This document shows, in pieces, positions 1 through 10,523 of a stretch of 64,000 nucleotides of DNA (its first letter is position 1; the number at the start of each line of letters is the position of its first letter). Both the position numbers and the translations under genes were made by a program. This stretch comes from Candidatus Omnitrophota bacterium (GTDB lineage: Bacteria > Omnitrophota > Gorgyraeia > Gygaellales > Profunditerraquicolaceae), in assembly GCA_026387405.1 (NCBI GenBank), contig JAPLLV010000025.1:44009-108008 (forward strand). The letters are read 5' to 3'. The notes beneath the pieces are model-generated. The model did not search any database, was not told the origin of the DNA, and saw only the letters and a list, made by a program, of their open reading frames with translations.

Positions 1-384
1 TTAGTAGATTTTATCGAAAAGCATAAGCTTCCTCTTAGGGCCGAATATGTTTTTTTGGCAAGAACAAGAATACACGAACAACTTAGAAAGTTGTATGTTC
101 TAACACATGAAATATCCAGCCGGGTTCTTGTTGTTATCTTCCCTTATCTTGAAGAAGCGCCTGACAGGAATAGATTTTTGATGACACATCTCATAAAATC
201 GTGGGATGAGGCGTTCCACTTTCTTACTCTTGATTTATCGTTTGAGTTTAATAAGTATCCTTACCGGCAGCTGCAATGTACGGCGACGGATCCCGTTCAC
301 CCTAACGCATTGGGGCATTCTATTGCGGCGAGAGAAATTATGTCGGTATTAGAGCAAAATTATAAAAATAATATTTCACGATAG
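1..384 (+). CDS. SGNH/GDSL-family hydrolase, C-terminal fragment (5' end lies outside window)
   Basis: Frame is open from position 1 with no stop. The C-terminus carries SGNH block V, D-x-x-H (TDPVHPNALGHSIAAREI). It is a paralogue of the SGNH genes at 4259 and 46349. Confidence 0.5.
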   Translation, partial: LVDFIEKHKLPLRAEYVFLARTRIHEQLRKLYVLTHEISSRVLVVIFPYLEEAPDRNRFLMTHLIKSWDEAFHFLTLDLSFEFNKYPYRQLQCTATDPVHPNALGHSIAAREIMSVLEQNYKNNISR

Positions 385-462
385 AAAATTGACAGAAAGG
401 AGGTATGTAGTTAAGTAGTAACGCAGGATAAATATGTTTAGTAAATAAAAGGAGGAGATAAG

Positions 463-891
463 ATGAGGAACCATAAGTATTTTATGTTGTTAGCTGTGGT
501 CACGGCGTGCATAGCAGGTATATTGTTATTGGCTAAAGGTGTCTCTCCGGCAGCCAGCCAGTCGAAACAAAAGGCCGATATGGCCAGGACATCCAACACC
601 AATAATAGCAAAACGAATATAGCAAGCCTGTCTGGTAGCGTGTCTGCCGATTGGAAAACAGAGAAGACGGCGATTTATAAGGAATCGGATAAAGTAATGG
701 AAGAGCTGAAAAAATTACCCGAATTTAAAGATATAGCCGCAAAAAATGCCCCTCAGGCACTGCTAAATCGGTTTGGAGCAAAGGTGAACGAAAAAGTCGC
801 TAATAATTTAGGCATTCCCGTGAAGGATGTCATTAAGGCAATCGACGAATTAATCGCGGAAAACAATAAAACCAGCGCTAAAAGAAAATAG
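463..891 (+). CDS. hypothetical secreted/membrane-anchored protein
   Basis: Strong SD (AAAGGAGGAG) 8 nt upstream of ATG. N-terminal hydrophobic signal/anchor (FMLLAVVTACIAGILLLA), then a low-complexity Ser/Asn/Lys-rich region. No recognisable family. Confidence 0.45.
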   Translation: MRNHKYFMLLAVVTACIAGILLLAKGVSPAASQSKQKADMARTSNTNNSKTNIASLSGSVSADWKTEKTAIYKESDKVMEELKKLPEFKDIAAKNAPQALLNRFGAKVNEKVANNLGIPVKDVIKAIDELIAENNKTSAKRK

Positions 892-909
892 TTTTACCGC
901 GTCTATATT

Positions 910-2847
910 ATGAAGAATAAAGCACGGGCTTTTTTTTGGCTATGCCTCGTGTTGTTGGTGCTAATTAAAATCGCGGTTATTATTAATTTCTTCGGCTTTG
1001 TCGATATCTCGGCTAAATATAACCTTTTTATCAGCACCAATATTGCTCGAGGCTTAGCGCCCAATCCGCTTATTTTCCAGCAAAGTCTTCCTTATGCCGG
1101 AGGTGGCCATTTTGTCTTCAGCCTTGTTGCAGTTCCCTTTGTTTGGTTGTTAGGACCCTCATATTTTTCCCTGAGATTAGCCAGTTTAGTATTCCTCATT
1201 GCGACTTACATTATGTTGTTCATGCTATGCAAGCGTTACTTTGGTTTAAGGACAGCTATTTTTGCCTCTTTAATGTTTATTATAACACCCGGATTGTTAT
1301 CTCTATTTTCCGTGGAAGGGGAAGGAAGGCATTTCCATTTAAACCTTTTATTTCTCTTTTGCCTTGCTTTATTTGCCAAGATACATGAATCCAGGCGTCC
1401 GCTATATTATACGCTTTTTGGGTTGGCCTGCGGCTTGGGTGTATATTTTTACCCTGCTTTCTTGATCAGCGTTTTTGTGTTTTTTCTATTTTTATTAATA
1501 GATGCGGATTTAAGCAGGCCTGACTTTATCTTTCATTTCGCGCTTACAACTGTAGGCATAGTTTTATTCGCTGAACTAATTGAATTTGGCGTGCCATGGT
1601 ATAGAACCGTCTATGCTGTAATTTTCGATAACCCTGTCAAAAACATTAGTAACGTAGATAATATCGCTGCCATAATTAATCGTTTTGTTATGATTTGGGT
1701 TAAGAACTTACCAAATATATTCTCATCTTCTATTGAGCATTTTAACTATTTAAGCAACCAGCCAATCGCCGCATATTTTAATTTCTTGTCAGGCCCGCCC
1801 CAGATTGTCTTACTGACGAAGATATCTTTGGAGGTTTTCCGGGCATCTTTGATTACGATCTTAGTTTTGTCGTCTTGGTCTGCAATTAAAATTGGAAAGC
1901 GGGTATTCAATAATTTACTGAATTTGCGGGGAAGAAAAATTGTCCCCACCAATGAATTCATATATCTTTTTCTTTTCACCCATCTTTTTATCTACATTTT
2001 TATCTATAGCTTTAATAATGAAGGAATCGGCAATTATAAGTATTTTCTTCCTCTCTTTTCTAACATCATAATTTTTATTGCATATTTTTTGAATAAAGCT
2101 TGGGGGAAAAGTAAATATTTTTTCATAGGTTTAGCTGTCGTTATATTCTTCCCCGGGGTTTCTTATACATATTCTGTTTTCGCCCGGACACCCGAATCAT
2201 TAAAAAATCTGTATAAACATGGTATCTATTTTTATGAGCATCAGTGCGGAGAGATTGCCACAAATAAATCTCTCTTAATCCATAAGTTTATGTGCCAGAA
2301 GCTAAATATCAATATGTGTCACCAGCTGGGTATATATTATGCGGAACGTTTTACTTTGGATTCGGCAAGCCAAGATTTCGAATATATCAGCAACGGTGAT
2401 TTTAAAAAATTAAGATATCTATATCAGGGATACATAGATAAAACCACGGCAAATTTGAAAGGGGATGTTAATGGAGTTATCGTCGAAATCAATAAGTTGG
2501 ATATTAACTACAGAAGATTCGGTTATCTGGGCCTAGGAGAAGGGATTATCCCAGTGTATGAGTCAGGCAATTTCTATGACGTCAATAACAATTTTGAAGA
2601 ATGGAGGGTGGTTATTAAAAATTGCGTTCTTCATATCCCCGAGGAATATAAAGAATATTTTTTCGAAGGCGCAGGAGAGGGGCTTGCGAGATTATTTGCG
2701 CAAGCGTATAGTCCAACCATTATAAATGACGGCAGTTTATATGACGCCGGTATGTTGGATAAGTTTCTTAATATCGTTGAGGCGCCTGCTTATAAGAAGG
2801 CATTCCTGGCAGGTTTTTTTAACAAAGATATCTGGGCACCTTTTTAG
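910..2847 (+). CDS. GT-C-fold polytopic membrane glycosyltransferase (ArnT/PMT_2-like) with C-terminal soluble domain
   Basis: About 11 N-terminal TM helices with loop motifs paralogous to the ORFs at 7335, 10520, 15599, 17107 and 35014. A roughly 250 aa non-membrane C-terminal domain follows. Confidence 0.6.
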   Translation: MKNKARAFFWLCLVLLVLIKIAVIINFFGFVDISAKYNLFISTNIARGLAPNPLIFQQSLPYAGGGHFVFSLVAVPFVWLLGPSYFSLRLASLVFLIATYIMLFMLCKRYFGLRTAIFASLMFIITPGLLSLFSVEGEGRHFHLNLLFLFCLALFAKIHESRRPLYYTLFGLACGLGVYFYPAFLISVFVFFLFLLIDADLSRPDFIFHFALTTVGIVLFAELIEFGVPWYRTVYAVIFDNPVKNISNVDNIAAIINRFVMIWVKNLPNIFSSSIEHFNYLSNQPIAAYFNFLSGPPQIVLLTKISLEVFRASLITILVLSSWSAIKIGKRVFNNLLNLRGRKIVPTNEFIYLFLFTHLFIYIFIYSFNNEGIGNYKYFLPLFSNIIIFIAYFLNKAWGKSKYFFIGLAVVIFFPGVSYTYSVFARTPESLKNLYKHGIYFYEHQCGEIATNKSLLIHKFMCQKLNINMCHQLGIYYAERFTLDSASQDFEYISNGDFKKLRYLYQGYIDKTTANLKGDVNGVIVEINKLDINYRRFGYLGLGEGIIPVYESGNFYDVNNNFEEWRVVIKNCVLHIPEEYKEYFFEGAGEGLARLFAQAYSPTIINDGSLYDAGMLDKFLNIVEAPAYKKAFLAGFFNKDIWAPF

Positions 2848-2848
2848 T

Positions 2849-4231
2849 ATGATCAAAAGCATATGTTTAGTTTTTCCGCGCTTTAAATATCCATCAGGGG
2901 ATCCGCCCTTAGGGCTCTGTTCTTTAGCCGCTTATCTGAGGGACAGATTAAAGGTGGAGGTTTCCATCTTGGATGCGACATTCCATCCTTCGCTTGATTA
3001 CGTATCGCAATATCTGAAATCCAAGAAACCAGAGCTGGTAGGAATTTATTTTTCTACCCTGATGTATGAAAAAGCAAGGCTTATCGCGCAGATTGCCAAA
3101 AAAACAGGAGCTATCGTGGTCGGGGGAGGCCCCCACGCTACCATAAGCCCTGAATCTGTTATTGATGACGTTGATATAACAGTGCTGGGTGAAGGGGAGG
3201 AGACCCTGCGCGAACTAGCCATGATTCTTCCCTCGTTAGACCTATCCCAGATCAAGGGGATCTGGTATAAAGACGGACAAGGCAATGTCCGCAAAACTCC
3301 CCCCAGGGATGTCATGGTAAATCTGGATTATATAGGTTTTCCCGCTCTGGACCTTGTTGAGATGGAGAGATATTTTTTGTACTGGCATTATCTTGATATC
3401 ATGACATTTAGTGCGCGAGGAATAAATATAATGTCCTCAAGAGGCTGTCCCTTTAGCTGCACCTTTTGTCAGCCCACCCTAAAAAAGCTTTTCGGTGATA
3501 AAGTGAGATACAAAAGTCCCGATTATTTGGCCGAAGAAATAACGTACTATATGCATACTTTTAATGTCAATATGTTCTTTTTCCATGATGATACTTTTGC
3601 CGCGGATAAAACCTGGGCGAATAGTTTTTTCGATATGCTGGAAAAAAGAAGACTAAATATCGTTTGGGGATGCAATACCCGGGTTAACAATATGGACGAG
3701 TCCATGATGCGCCGGATGTACGAAGTTGGCTGCCGTGTTATTCACTTTGGCATAGAGTCCGGCTCCCAGCGGGTCTTAGATGAGATTTACGCAAAAAGAA
3801 TTACTTTGGACCACGTAAACAAAGTAATTGAAATAGCCAAGAGAGTGGGAATGTATTCCTCGGGATTTTTTATACTAGGCGCTCCCGGAGAGACCAAGAT
3901 GGAGATGAACAAGACCATAAAACTCGCCCTTTCTTCAGGGCTCAATGAAGCCGCTTTTTCAATTGCCACCCCCCTCCCCGGAACGATGCTGTACGATATG
4001 ATTAAAAATGACAGAAATTTTACCATCAGCAAGGATTATTCCGACTTCGATTATTATAGAGGATTGTCCTATGCTGACCATAATTCTAGAAACAGACAAT
4101 TGATCCTTGCCCAACGCAAGGCCTTGTTTTTATTTTATCTCCATCCCCTGAGATTGCAATATATCCTCAGGCATTTTTTTAGCTTTAGAGGAATGGTTAA
4201 GCTTTATATTAAAATAAGAAGGTTTTTTTAG
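2849..4231 (+). CDS. cobalamin-binding (class B) radical SAM enzyme
   Basis: N-terminal B12-binding-like region (VVGGGPHATISPE), then CxxxCxxC (SSRGCPFSCTFCQP). Start placed at ATG 2849, directly after the upstream stop; the longer ORF in the track overlaps the previous gene. Confidence 0.8.
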   Translation: MIKSICLVFPRFKYPSGDPPLGLCSLAAYLRDRLKVEVSILDATFHPSLDYVSQYLKSKKPELVGIYFSTLMYEKARLIAQIAKKTGAIVVGGGPHATISPESVIDDVDITVLGEGEETLRELAMILPSLDLSQIKGIWYKDGQGNVRKTPPRDVMVNLDYIGFPALDLVEMERYFLYWHYLDIMTFSARGINIMSSRGCPFSCTFCQPTLKKLFGDKVRYKSPDYLAEEITYYMHTFNVNMFFFHDDTFAADKTWANSFFDMLEKRRLNIVWGCNTRVNNMDESMMRRMYEVGCRVIHFGIESGSQRVLDEIYAKRITLDHVNKVIEIAKRVGMYSSGFFILGAPGETKMEMNKTIKLALSSGLNEAAFSIATPLPGTMLYDMIKNDRNFTISKDYSDFDYYRGLSYADHNSRNRQLILAQRKALFLFYLHPLRLQYILRHFFSFRGMVKLYIKIRRFF

Positions 4232-4258
4232 TTGTCAGCATAACGTCGTTACATTTAT

Positions 4259-5833
4259 ATGAACATAGAATATTCACGCAATGCCCCGACTCCGCTGAAA
4301 CAAAAAATAGCGTTAATCTTCGGGGGAATTCTACTTTTTTTGGTTCTAATAGAAGCGATATTGCGTTTGGGCGGGTATGTCGTGTTGCGCATGCGAGACC
4401 GCAGCAATGCCCTGGCGCTAAAAAATAAGGGCAACTATGTGATTTTATGCATCGGAGAATCTACTACTTTTTGCGGAGGGACTAAAGACGCATATCCTAC
4501 CCAATTAGAAGAGATATTAAATCAGCATAATTTAGGGATTCGTTTTAGCGTGGTGAACCTGGGTGTACCGACGGATACTTCCCATCTGGTGGGACAATTA
4601 GGAAGCAACATAGATAAGTATAATCCGCAAATGGTTATTGCGATGTTGGGGATTAACGATGGCGCGGGGTATTTGCGCAATATTGATAATAAGGGAATAT
4701 CTCCAATCAGCAGATTCATTAATTCTTTAAGGGTGTATAAGCTATTGAAGCTTATTCGGTTACATCAAGAGGCAAATAAACCGATAAAAGCCAATATCAG
4801 CAACGAAGCATTATTGGCGCAGTCATACATCAAGAATGGTTTGCGTTTTTCAGAAGCGACCAAGGTTTTAGAGACCGCCCTCTCGCTCGATAATAACAGA
4901 GACGATTTGCACTGCGCGTTGGGAGAAGTGTTTAGCCTGCAAGGTAAATCTACAGAGGCCAAAGAAGAATTCAGAAAGGCTATTAATCTGAACCATTATA
5001 ATGATAAGGCGTTCTGTAACTTGGCAGCTATTGCGGAGAAAGAAGTAAATCTGCAAGAAGCAGAAATCCAACTTAGGAGCGCGTTCGCCTTTAACCCCGG
5101 CAGTGCAAAAATTGCGTTTGAGCTAGGTTTGATTTGTATGAAGCAAAACAAATTTCAAGAAGGAGAAGGCTTTTTGCGTAAGGCCGCTAGTCTGAATACC
5201 AAAGATTACTCAAGCATATATTCGCGTTGCGGATGGGAATTATGCAATAGGGGGCAGATTGAGGCCGGCGAGAAGGTCTTCCAAGAGTGTATCGCGAATC
5301 AGCCCAAAAACACATCTTGTTATATAGATTTAGGGAAATTTTATCTCGAGAAGTCAAGATTCACCGATGCAGAGGCGTTATTTAAAAAAGCGCTCGAGCT
5401 CGATTCCCCTAATGAATTGATCTACGGGGCATTAGCCGCAATCTACATGAATATGAATCAAAAAGAACTTGCGGAAATATATTATAGAAGAGCAAACCTG
5501 ACCAGGTTGGAGTATTATAATCCTCTGACGGTAAGTAATTATTTAAAGCTCAGGCAGATTGTACAGGAGCGAGGAATACGGTTAGTATGTGTCCAGTATC
5601 CTGTGCGCAGCATTGAGCCGCTAAAGAAGATATTTGCCGACGACAAAGACATCATTTTCGTGGATAACGAAAAAATATTTAGAGAAGCTTTGTATCGCGA
5701 GGGCTATAGTTCTTATTTCAGCGATATGTTCGGTGGAGATTTCGGTCACTGCACGCGCAAAGGATACCGTCTCCTCGCCGGAAATATTGCCAATATACTG
5801 ATAAAAGAATTATTCAAGAAGAACAAAAGTTAG
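4259..5833 (+). CDS. membrane-anchored SGNH-hydrolase-like protein with inserted TPR repeats
   Basis: N-terminal TM anchor. SGNH block I variant (LCIGESTTFCGG), block III (GINDG), C-terminal block V (DFGHCTRKGY). About 250 aa of TPR-like repeats lie between them. Confidence 0.6.
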   Translation: MNIEYSRNAPTPLKQKIALIFGGILLFLVLIEAILRLGGYVVLRMRDRSNALALKNKGNYVILCIGESTTFCGGTKDAYPTQLEEILNQHNLGIRFSVVNLGVPTDTSHLVGQLGSNIDKYNPQMVIAMLGINDGAGYLRNIDNKGISPISRFINSLRVYKLLKLIRLHQEANKPIKANISNEALLAQSYIKNGLRFSEATKVLETALSLDNNRDDLHCALGEVFSLQGKSTEAKEEFRKAINLNHYNDKAFCNLAAIAEKEVNLQEAEIQLRSAFAFNPGSAKIAFELGLICMKQNKFQEGEGFLRKAASLNTKDYSSIYSRCGWELCNRGQIEAGEKVFQECIANQPKNTSCYIDLGKFYLEKSRFTDAEALFKKALELDSPNELIYGALAAIYMNMNQKELAEIYYRRANLTRLEYYNPLTVSNYLKLRQIVQERGIRLVCVQYPVRSIEPLKKIFADDKDIIFVDNEKIFREALYREGYSSYFSDMFGGDFGHCTRKGYRLLAGNIANILIKELFKKNKS

Positions 5834-5839
5834 ACTAAA

Positions 5840-7285
5840 ATGCGGATAGCCTTTATAAATTCTTGTTTAGGAGGAGACTTTAGTGCTATGGATATAGGTA
5901 TCACGTCCTTAGCCACGTACTTAAATGAAAGAACGGACCATAAAGCCGGTATCATAGATTTAACTTTTCATAGGAAGTCATGGAAAGAAGAACTAAGAAA
6001 AGAAATAGGAGAGAAAAAACCAGATATAATCGGGATTTCCTGTAACACGATGTATATGCAATATGTGAAAGCGATCATGGCGGAAGTGAAATCTAATTAC
6101 AGATTGCCTGTTATTCTGGGAGGACACCATGTTTCAATATACCCCGGAGAAACCATCGCCTTGCCTGAAGTTGACGCGGTATGCATAGGAGATGGAGAGG
6201 ATGCGCTTTGTGAATTTCTAGATCGTTTGTCTGCCGGGAAAAGTATCTCCGGTATCGCAGGCATCTGGGCAAAAGAGGATCGCAAAATCATAAAGAATGC
6301 GGTAGGTTGTTTTCGCCAGAATATCGATGATTTACCGATCCCGAATTGGGACCTCTGGAAAGACCTGGATAAATATTTTTATCATCTTGGGATGCTTTAT
6401 ATAATAGGAAGCAGGGGTTGTCCTTATAAATGCACCTTTTGCGATGCCCACGGAATTGCCGAGGTAGTCCGGGGTCGTTATTTTCGTAACCGGGACCCGG
6501 TAAAGTATGCGCAGGAGATCGGATACCAGTGGGAGAAATATAAGAATAGAGATTTGCGGCTCTTCCAGTTATTCGACCCGGTTTTCACGATGTCCCATGA
6601 TTGGGTGGCGGCATTTTGCGATGAATATAGAAGGCAAGGCTTACATAAGAAGATCAAATTCAGCGTATTTTCAAGGATAGACCATCTGGACGCGCAGAAA
6701 ATAAAAATATTGGCCCAATCAGGTTGCGGAATAGTCAGGGTTGGGGTCGAAGCCGGAGATGAATTTATCAGGCAGGAGATCTATCAAAAGAGAGTTTCTG
6801 ACGAGGATATCCGGAAGATATTCAGGTTATTGCACGATGCGAGGATTTGCATCACTGCTTATTACATATTAGGGGGGCCTTCCGAGTCACCCGGGACACT
6901 TCAGAAGACAATTGATTTGGCGCTGGAGCTTGACGCTGGACGGTCAGCCTTCTTTATATACAAACCTTTGACCAAAGAAGGTGTCAAACAGGTCTACGAT
7001 CTGGGCGGCTGGATTGACGGGTATAGATGGGGTAAGGCCGACAATATCACTTTTGACGCAGTTATTAATAATAAAGAGTTGACGCCGAAACAAGTCGAAT
7101 GGTATCAATTTAAGGCTTATTTTTTTACCTTTGTACGTAGGCTATTGCGGATTTTAAAAAGGCAGAAGCTGAGATATCTGATTTATCTCATTGTTTATCT
7201 GTATCGAGGGTTTAAATATGGCTTAAGTTTACCTTATATGGTTATTTATTACCACATCTACGGATATGATAATATAGATAAATAG
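5840..7285 (+). CDS. cobalamin-binding (class B) radical SAM enzyme
   Basis: B12-binding-like N-terminus (ILGGHHVSIYPGE); radical SAM cluster motif IGSRGCPYKCTFCDAHG. Confidence 0.8.
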   Translation: MRIAFINSCLGGDFSAMDIGITSLATYLNERTDHKAGIIDLTFHRKSWKEELRKEIGEKKPDIIGISCNTMYMQYVKAIMAEVKSNYRLPVILGGHHVSIYPGETIALPEVDAVCIGDGEDALCEFLDRLSAGKSISGIAGIWAKEDRKIIKNAVGCFRQNIDDLPIPNWDLWKDLDKYFYHLGMLYIIGSRGCPYKCTFCDAHGIAEVVRGRYFRNRDPVKYAQEIGYQWEKYKNRDLRLFQLFDPVFTMSHDWVAAFCDEYRRQGLHKKIKFSVFSRIDHLDAQKIKILAQSGCGIVRVGVEAGDEFIRQEIYQKRVSDEDIRKIFRLLHDARICITAYYILGGPSESPGTLQKTIDLALELDAGRSAFFIYKPLTKEGVKQVYDLGGWIDGYRWGKADNITFDAVINNKELTPKQVEWYQFKAYFFTFVRRLLRILKRQKLRYLIYLIVYLYRGFKYGLSLPYMVIYYHIYGYDNIDK

Positions 7286-7334
7286 GTTACTTTGGGTTTG
7301 TGCGCATAGAACTGAATAGAAATTTATTTTATAA

Positions 7335-9059
7335 ATGAGAAGAGTTTTGTTAGAGATTAATAAACGGAAGGCATGGTTTTTATTGCTATTCCTGTTTTTA
7401 TTTTACTTAACCAATAACTATGTTTGGTTAAACAGTAAAGGTAGTTTTGGCGATGGTCCAGATATGATATCTCATTTAAAAACTACTATTAGTATTTATC
7501 CAAAATTGTTATCATTAATAAACCCCGGTATAGGCGAATCGCGTTTAGATAATCTGATAAAAATACTTCAGTTTAGCCAATGGTGGCCACCCATGATATA
7601 TATAAATGCAGCTATTTTTTATTTGTTCTTTGGTTTATCAAATCTTGTCGTACAAATGTCCAATATTGTATTCTTTTTGATCTTGATTGTTTCCACCTAT
7701 CTGATAGGCAGAGAATTGAAAGATGATAATAACGGCATGTTGGCAGCTTTTCTAATTTCTTTTTACCCCGTAACATTCGGGCTAAGTAGGAATTTTGGTA
7801 TTGATTTTCCATTGACTGCTATGGTATCACTGGGGATATTTTTTCTTATTAAGACCGACGGTTTTACAAGCAGAAAATATTCTTTACTGTTTGGGATTGT
7901 TTCTGGGTTGGGAATTTTGACAAAATGGGCTTATCTTTTATTTATTCTTGGCCCCCTTTTTTACACGCTCTTTGCTTTCCCGCCTGAGATAGAGAATGTT
8001 AAAATTAAAAGAGGTAAAATATATAATTTACTCTTCGTATTTCTGTTGGTATTTTCAATTTCGTATATATGGGCATCTTCTCATTGGAGATTTATTTTTG
8101 AATTTGGGTGGCCCAGGCTTACCGCGAATTATTTACCAAAAGATGCTTTAAGCAAATATGATAATGAACATTTAATGACATCTTTAATTAATGAACCCAT
8201 AGGCATAAAAATTTTTTCTCGCGAATGGTTTTTATTTTATATTTTTCACATACTTAATAATATAAGTATATTTTTTTCTATTGTTTTTATAATAAGTTCG
8301 ATCGTTTTTGTTAGATTCGCTGGGGATCGGAAAAAGAAACTCATTTTAATTTGGATAATTTTCTCGTATTTGTTTTTCACTTTTTGTTCTCTTAAAGTTG
8401 GGCGTTACTATGTTCCTGTTCTGCCAGCAATAGCCGTAATTTCTGCCTTTGGCATACAAGAGATAAAAACCAATCTCTTAAGAAAAGGGTTAATTATAGT
8501 GATAGTCTTGGTAGGGATATTTCAGTTTTATCGCTTATCTTTTGATTTTATGAGTAGGTTTCCATTAAGGTTTATTTATATACATAACGTGGTCCACCCG
8601 TTATTTAAATCACCATCTTCAGATATCATTGGAACATATGCCTTCCCGCCTCGTGTTACTAATTTTGAAGATACCGCTGTTAGTTTAGGCAAGGAGATGA
8701 TAGCTGATTATCAAGGTGTAACGCCAATGAGCGTAATGATCAAAAGTGGCTACGGAGAGCGTGAAAATATTTATTATTTCCTTTGTCTCCATTATCCAAG
8801 CGCTAGGATTGTAATATGGAATAATGATTATAACCCAGACGAAGCCGGGAGCTTCGATTATCTTATTACTATACAAGCTATTGATTCCGGTAGGCCTGAG
8901 TATGGTTTATTCGATTTATGTAGTTCGAAAGGGAATTTTAGTAATGAGAAAAATATAAAGCCAAAAAATATCTTTGAGAAGGAGTACACAAGAATTTTGG
9001 CAAAACATCAGATTTTCCCAGGCGGCACGCATGTATACTTAGTCGGGCATAAATCATAG
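7335..9059 (+). CDS. GT-C-fold membrane glycosyltransferase (ArnT/PMT_2-like)
   Basis: Polytopic membrane protein. Clear paralogue of the 15599 ORF (…RKYSLLFGIVSGLGILTKW… vs …RRYSLLFGIVTGIGALIKG…). Confidence 0.65.
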   Translation: MRRVLLEINKRKAWFLLLFLFLFYLTNNYVWLNSKGSFGDGPDMISHLKTTISIYPKLLSLINPGIGESRLDNLIKILQFSQWWPPMIYINAAIFYLFFGLSNLVVQMSNIVFFLILIVSTYLIGRELKDDNNGMLAAFLISFYPVTFGLSRNFGIDFPLTAMVSLGIFFLIKTDGFTSRKYSLLFGIVSGLGILTKWAYLLFILGPLFYTLFAFPPEIENVKIKRGKIYNLLFVFLLVFSISYIWASSHWRFIFEFGWPRLTANYLPKDALSKYDNEHLMTSLINEPIGIKIFSREWFLFYIFHILNNISIFFSIVFIISSIVFVRFAGDRKKKLILIWIIFSYLFFTFCSLKVGRYYVPVLPAIAVISAFGIQEIKTNLLRKGLIIVIVLVGIFQFYRLSFDFMSRFPLRFIYIHNVVHPLFKSPSSDIIGTYAFPPRVTNFEDTAVSLGKEMIADYQGVTPMSVMIKSGYGERENIYYFLCLHYPSARIVIWNNDYNPDEAGSFDYLITIQAIDSGRPEYGLFDLCSSKGNFSNEKNIKPKNIFEKEYTRILAKHQIFPGGTHVYLVGHKS

Positions 9060-9205
9060 TTATGATTATAACGCGCGTCATTATTAAATTTATTGAAGCT
9101 ATACAACAACTAATACTGAAATGATTATTCCGTTATTTTTGATGATTTCAGACGCCTTTAGCGGAAGATAGCGAAAAAGCATCAACATCGCGAATTATTT
9201 AGCAA

Positions 9206-9958
9206 ATGACAAAGGAAAAGATCATTGTAGTAATGCCGGCGTATAATGCCGAATTGACTTTAGAAAAGACCGTAAAAGATATACCCCCCGGTAGCGTGGA
9301 TGAGATTATTTTGGTGGATGATGGTAGCGAGGATAATACTGCGGGAATTGCTCGGCGATTGGGGCTTTGTGTATTTACACATCCCAAAAATCTCGGCTAT
9401 GGCGCAAACCAGAAGACCTGTTATAAGCTGGCATTAGAAAGCGGGGCTGAATATGTAATAATGATCCATCCCGATTATCAATATGATGCGCGCCTTATTC
9501 CCTCCGCTATTAAGATATTAAAGATTGGGGTTTGCGATATCATTCTTGGTAACCGGATTAGGACGAGAGAAGAATGTTTATCTCACGGAATGCCCCACTA
9601 CAAGTATTTCGCAAATCGGACCCTTACAATTATTGCAAATGTCTGTCTTGGACAAAACTTAGGAGAATTCCATTCTGGTTTTCGCGCTTACCGTAGAACG
9701 GTATTAGAAACAATCCCTTTTGAGCGTAATTCAAACGGTTTTGTTTTTGACGCACAGTTTTTGGTACAAGCTGTTCATTTTAATTTTACCTTAGGAGATA
9801 TTCCTATGCCAGTGCGTTATTTTAAAGAAGCATCTTCGATTAATTTACATAGGGGCACTATTTATGGATTGCAATTTCTATGGGTATTGATAAGTTACTA
9901 TCTCTATCGGCTAAAGTTAATGAAATCTACTCTTTTTATCCCGAAGAGTAGTATTTAG
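9206..9958 (+). CDS. GT2 polyprenyl-phosphate sugar synthase (Dpm1/ArnC/GtrB-like)
   Basis: VVMPAYNAE…VDDGSEDNT, DxD-type GT2 core, C-terminal TM helix ([15 protein letters not shown]). Classic lipid-linked donor-synthase partner for GT-C enzymes. Confidence 0.8.
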   Translation: MTKEKIIVVMPAYNAELTLEKTVKDIPPGSVDEIILVDDGSEDNTAGIARRLGLCVFTHPKNLGYGANQKTCYKLALESGAEYVIMIHPDYQYDARLIPSAIKILKIGVCDIILGNRIRTREECLSHGMPHYKYFANRTLTIIANVCLGQNLGEFHSGFRAYRRTVLETIPFERNSNGFVFDAQFLVQAVHFNFTLGDIPMPVRYFKEASSINLHRGTIYGLQFLWVLISYYLYRLKLMKSTLFIPKSSI

Positions 9959-10142
9959 ACTATACAAAAACATTATGGGAACATATTCATAAATGGTTCT
10001 AGAAAGCCATAAGTACCTTATATATTTTAAAAAAACATATTCGACATCTTGACAAATTAACAAGAATGTTTTGAAAACCGCGTTCAGCGAGCCCGATAAC
10101 CGCAGAATGTCTAACATATACACACTGAAAGGAGGTAATCCA

Positions 10143-10523
10143 ATGAAGAAAGAAAAATTCATCTCTAAAATAATTTTTATTTCAGCTTTGTTAATTCCGT
10201 TTGCCCAAACTTTGTTATCCGGATGCCTTAAAGATAAAGCAGAAAAAAACATAAAGGTCATTAAGGCTAACGCCGAAACGATAATACCGGTAATTAAAGA
10301 GAAGCCATTAGCAGTTAAGGAATGGGAGTTGGTGTGGGGGGACCTGTGGAATAATGAGGCGGCAGAGTTCAAGAGAGAAGGAATCAGCGATGCCAAAATT
10401 GTCGAACAGCTGAACCCCATCGCCGCCGAACGAGTTTCCAAAAGGCTTAACATGGGTAAAGACAAAGTAAGGCAAATTGTGGATGATTATTATACTGCTT
10501 TAAATCAACCAAAAGCTAAATGA
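10143..10523 (+). CDS. small lipoprotein, unknown function
   Basis: SD AAAGGAGGT 6 nt upstream of ATG 10143. Signal peptide with lipobox LLSGC. Confidence 0.5.
   Translation: MKKEKFISKIIFISALLIPFAQTLLSGCLKDKAEKNIKVIKANAETIIPVIKEKPLAVKEWELVWGDLWNNEAAEFKREGISDAKIVEQLNPIAAERVSKRLNMGKDKVRQIVDDYYTALNQPKAK

Noticed and set aside
10049-10070. TTGACA-containing promoter-like sequence upstream of the lipoprotein gene
   Set aside because: No convincing -10 hexamer at the right spacing. Too weak to list as a feature.
9917-10465. 182-aa minus-strand ORF overlapping the intergenic region and the plus-strand lipoprotein gene
   Set aside because: Low-complexity hydrophobic and Ser-rich translation with no RBS. 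The plus-strand gene has a strong SD and a lipobox signal peptide. Treated as an antisense artefact.
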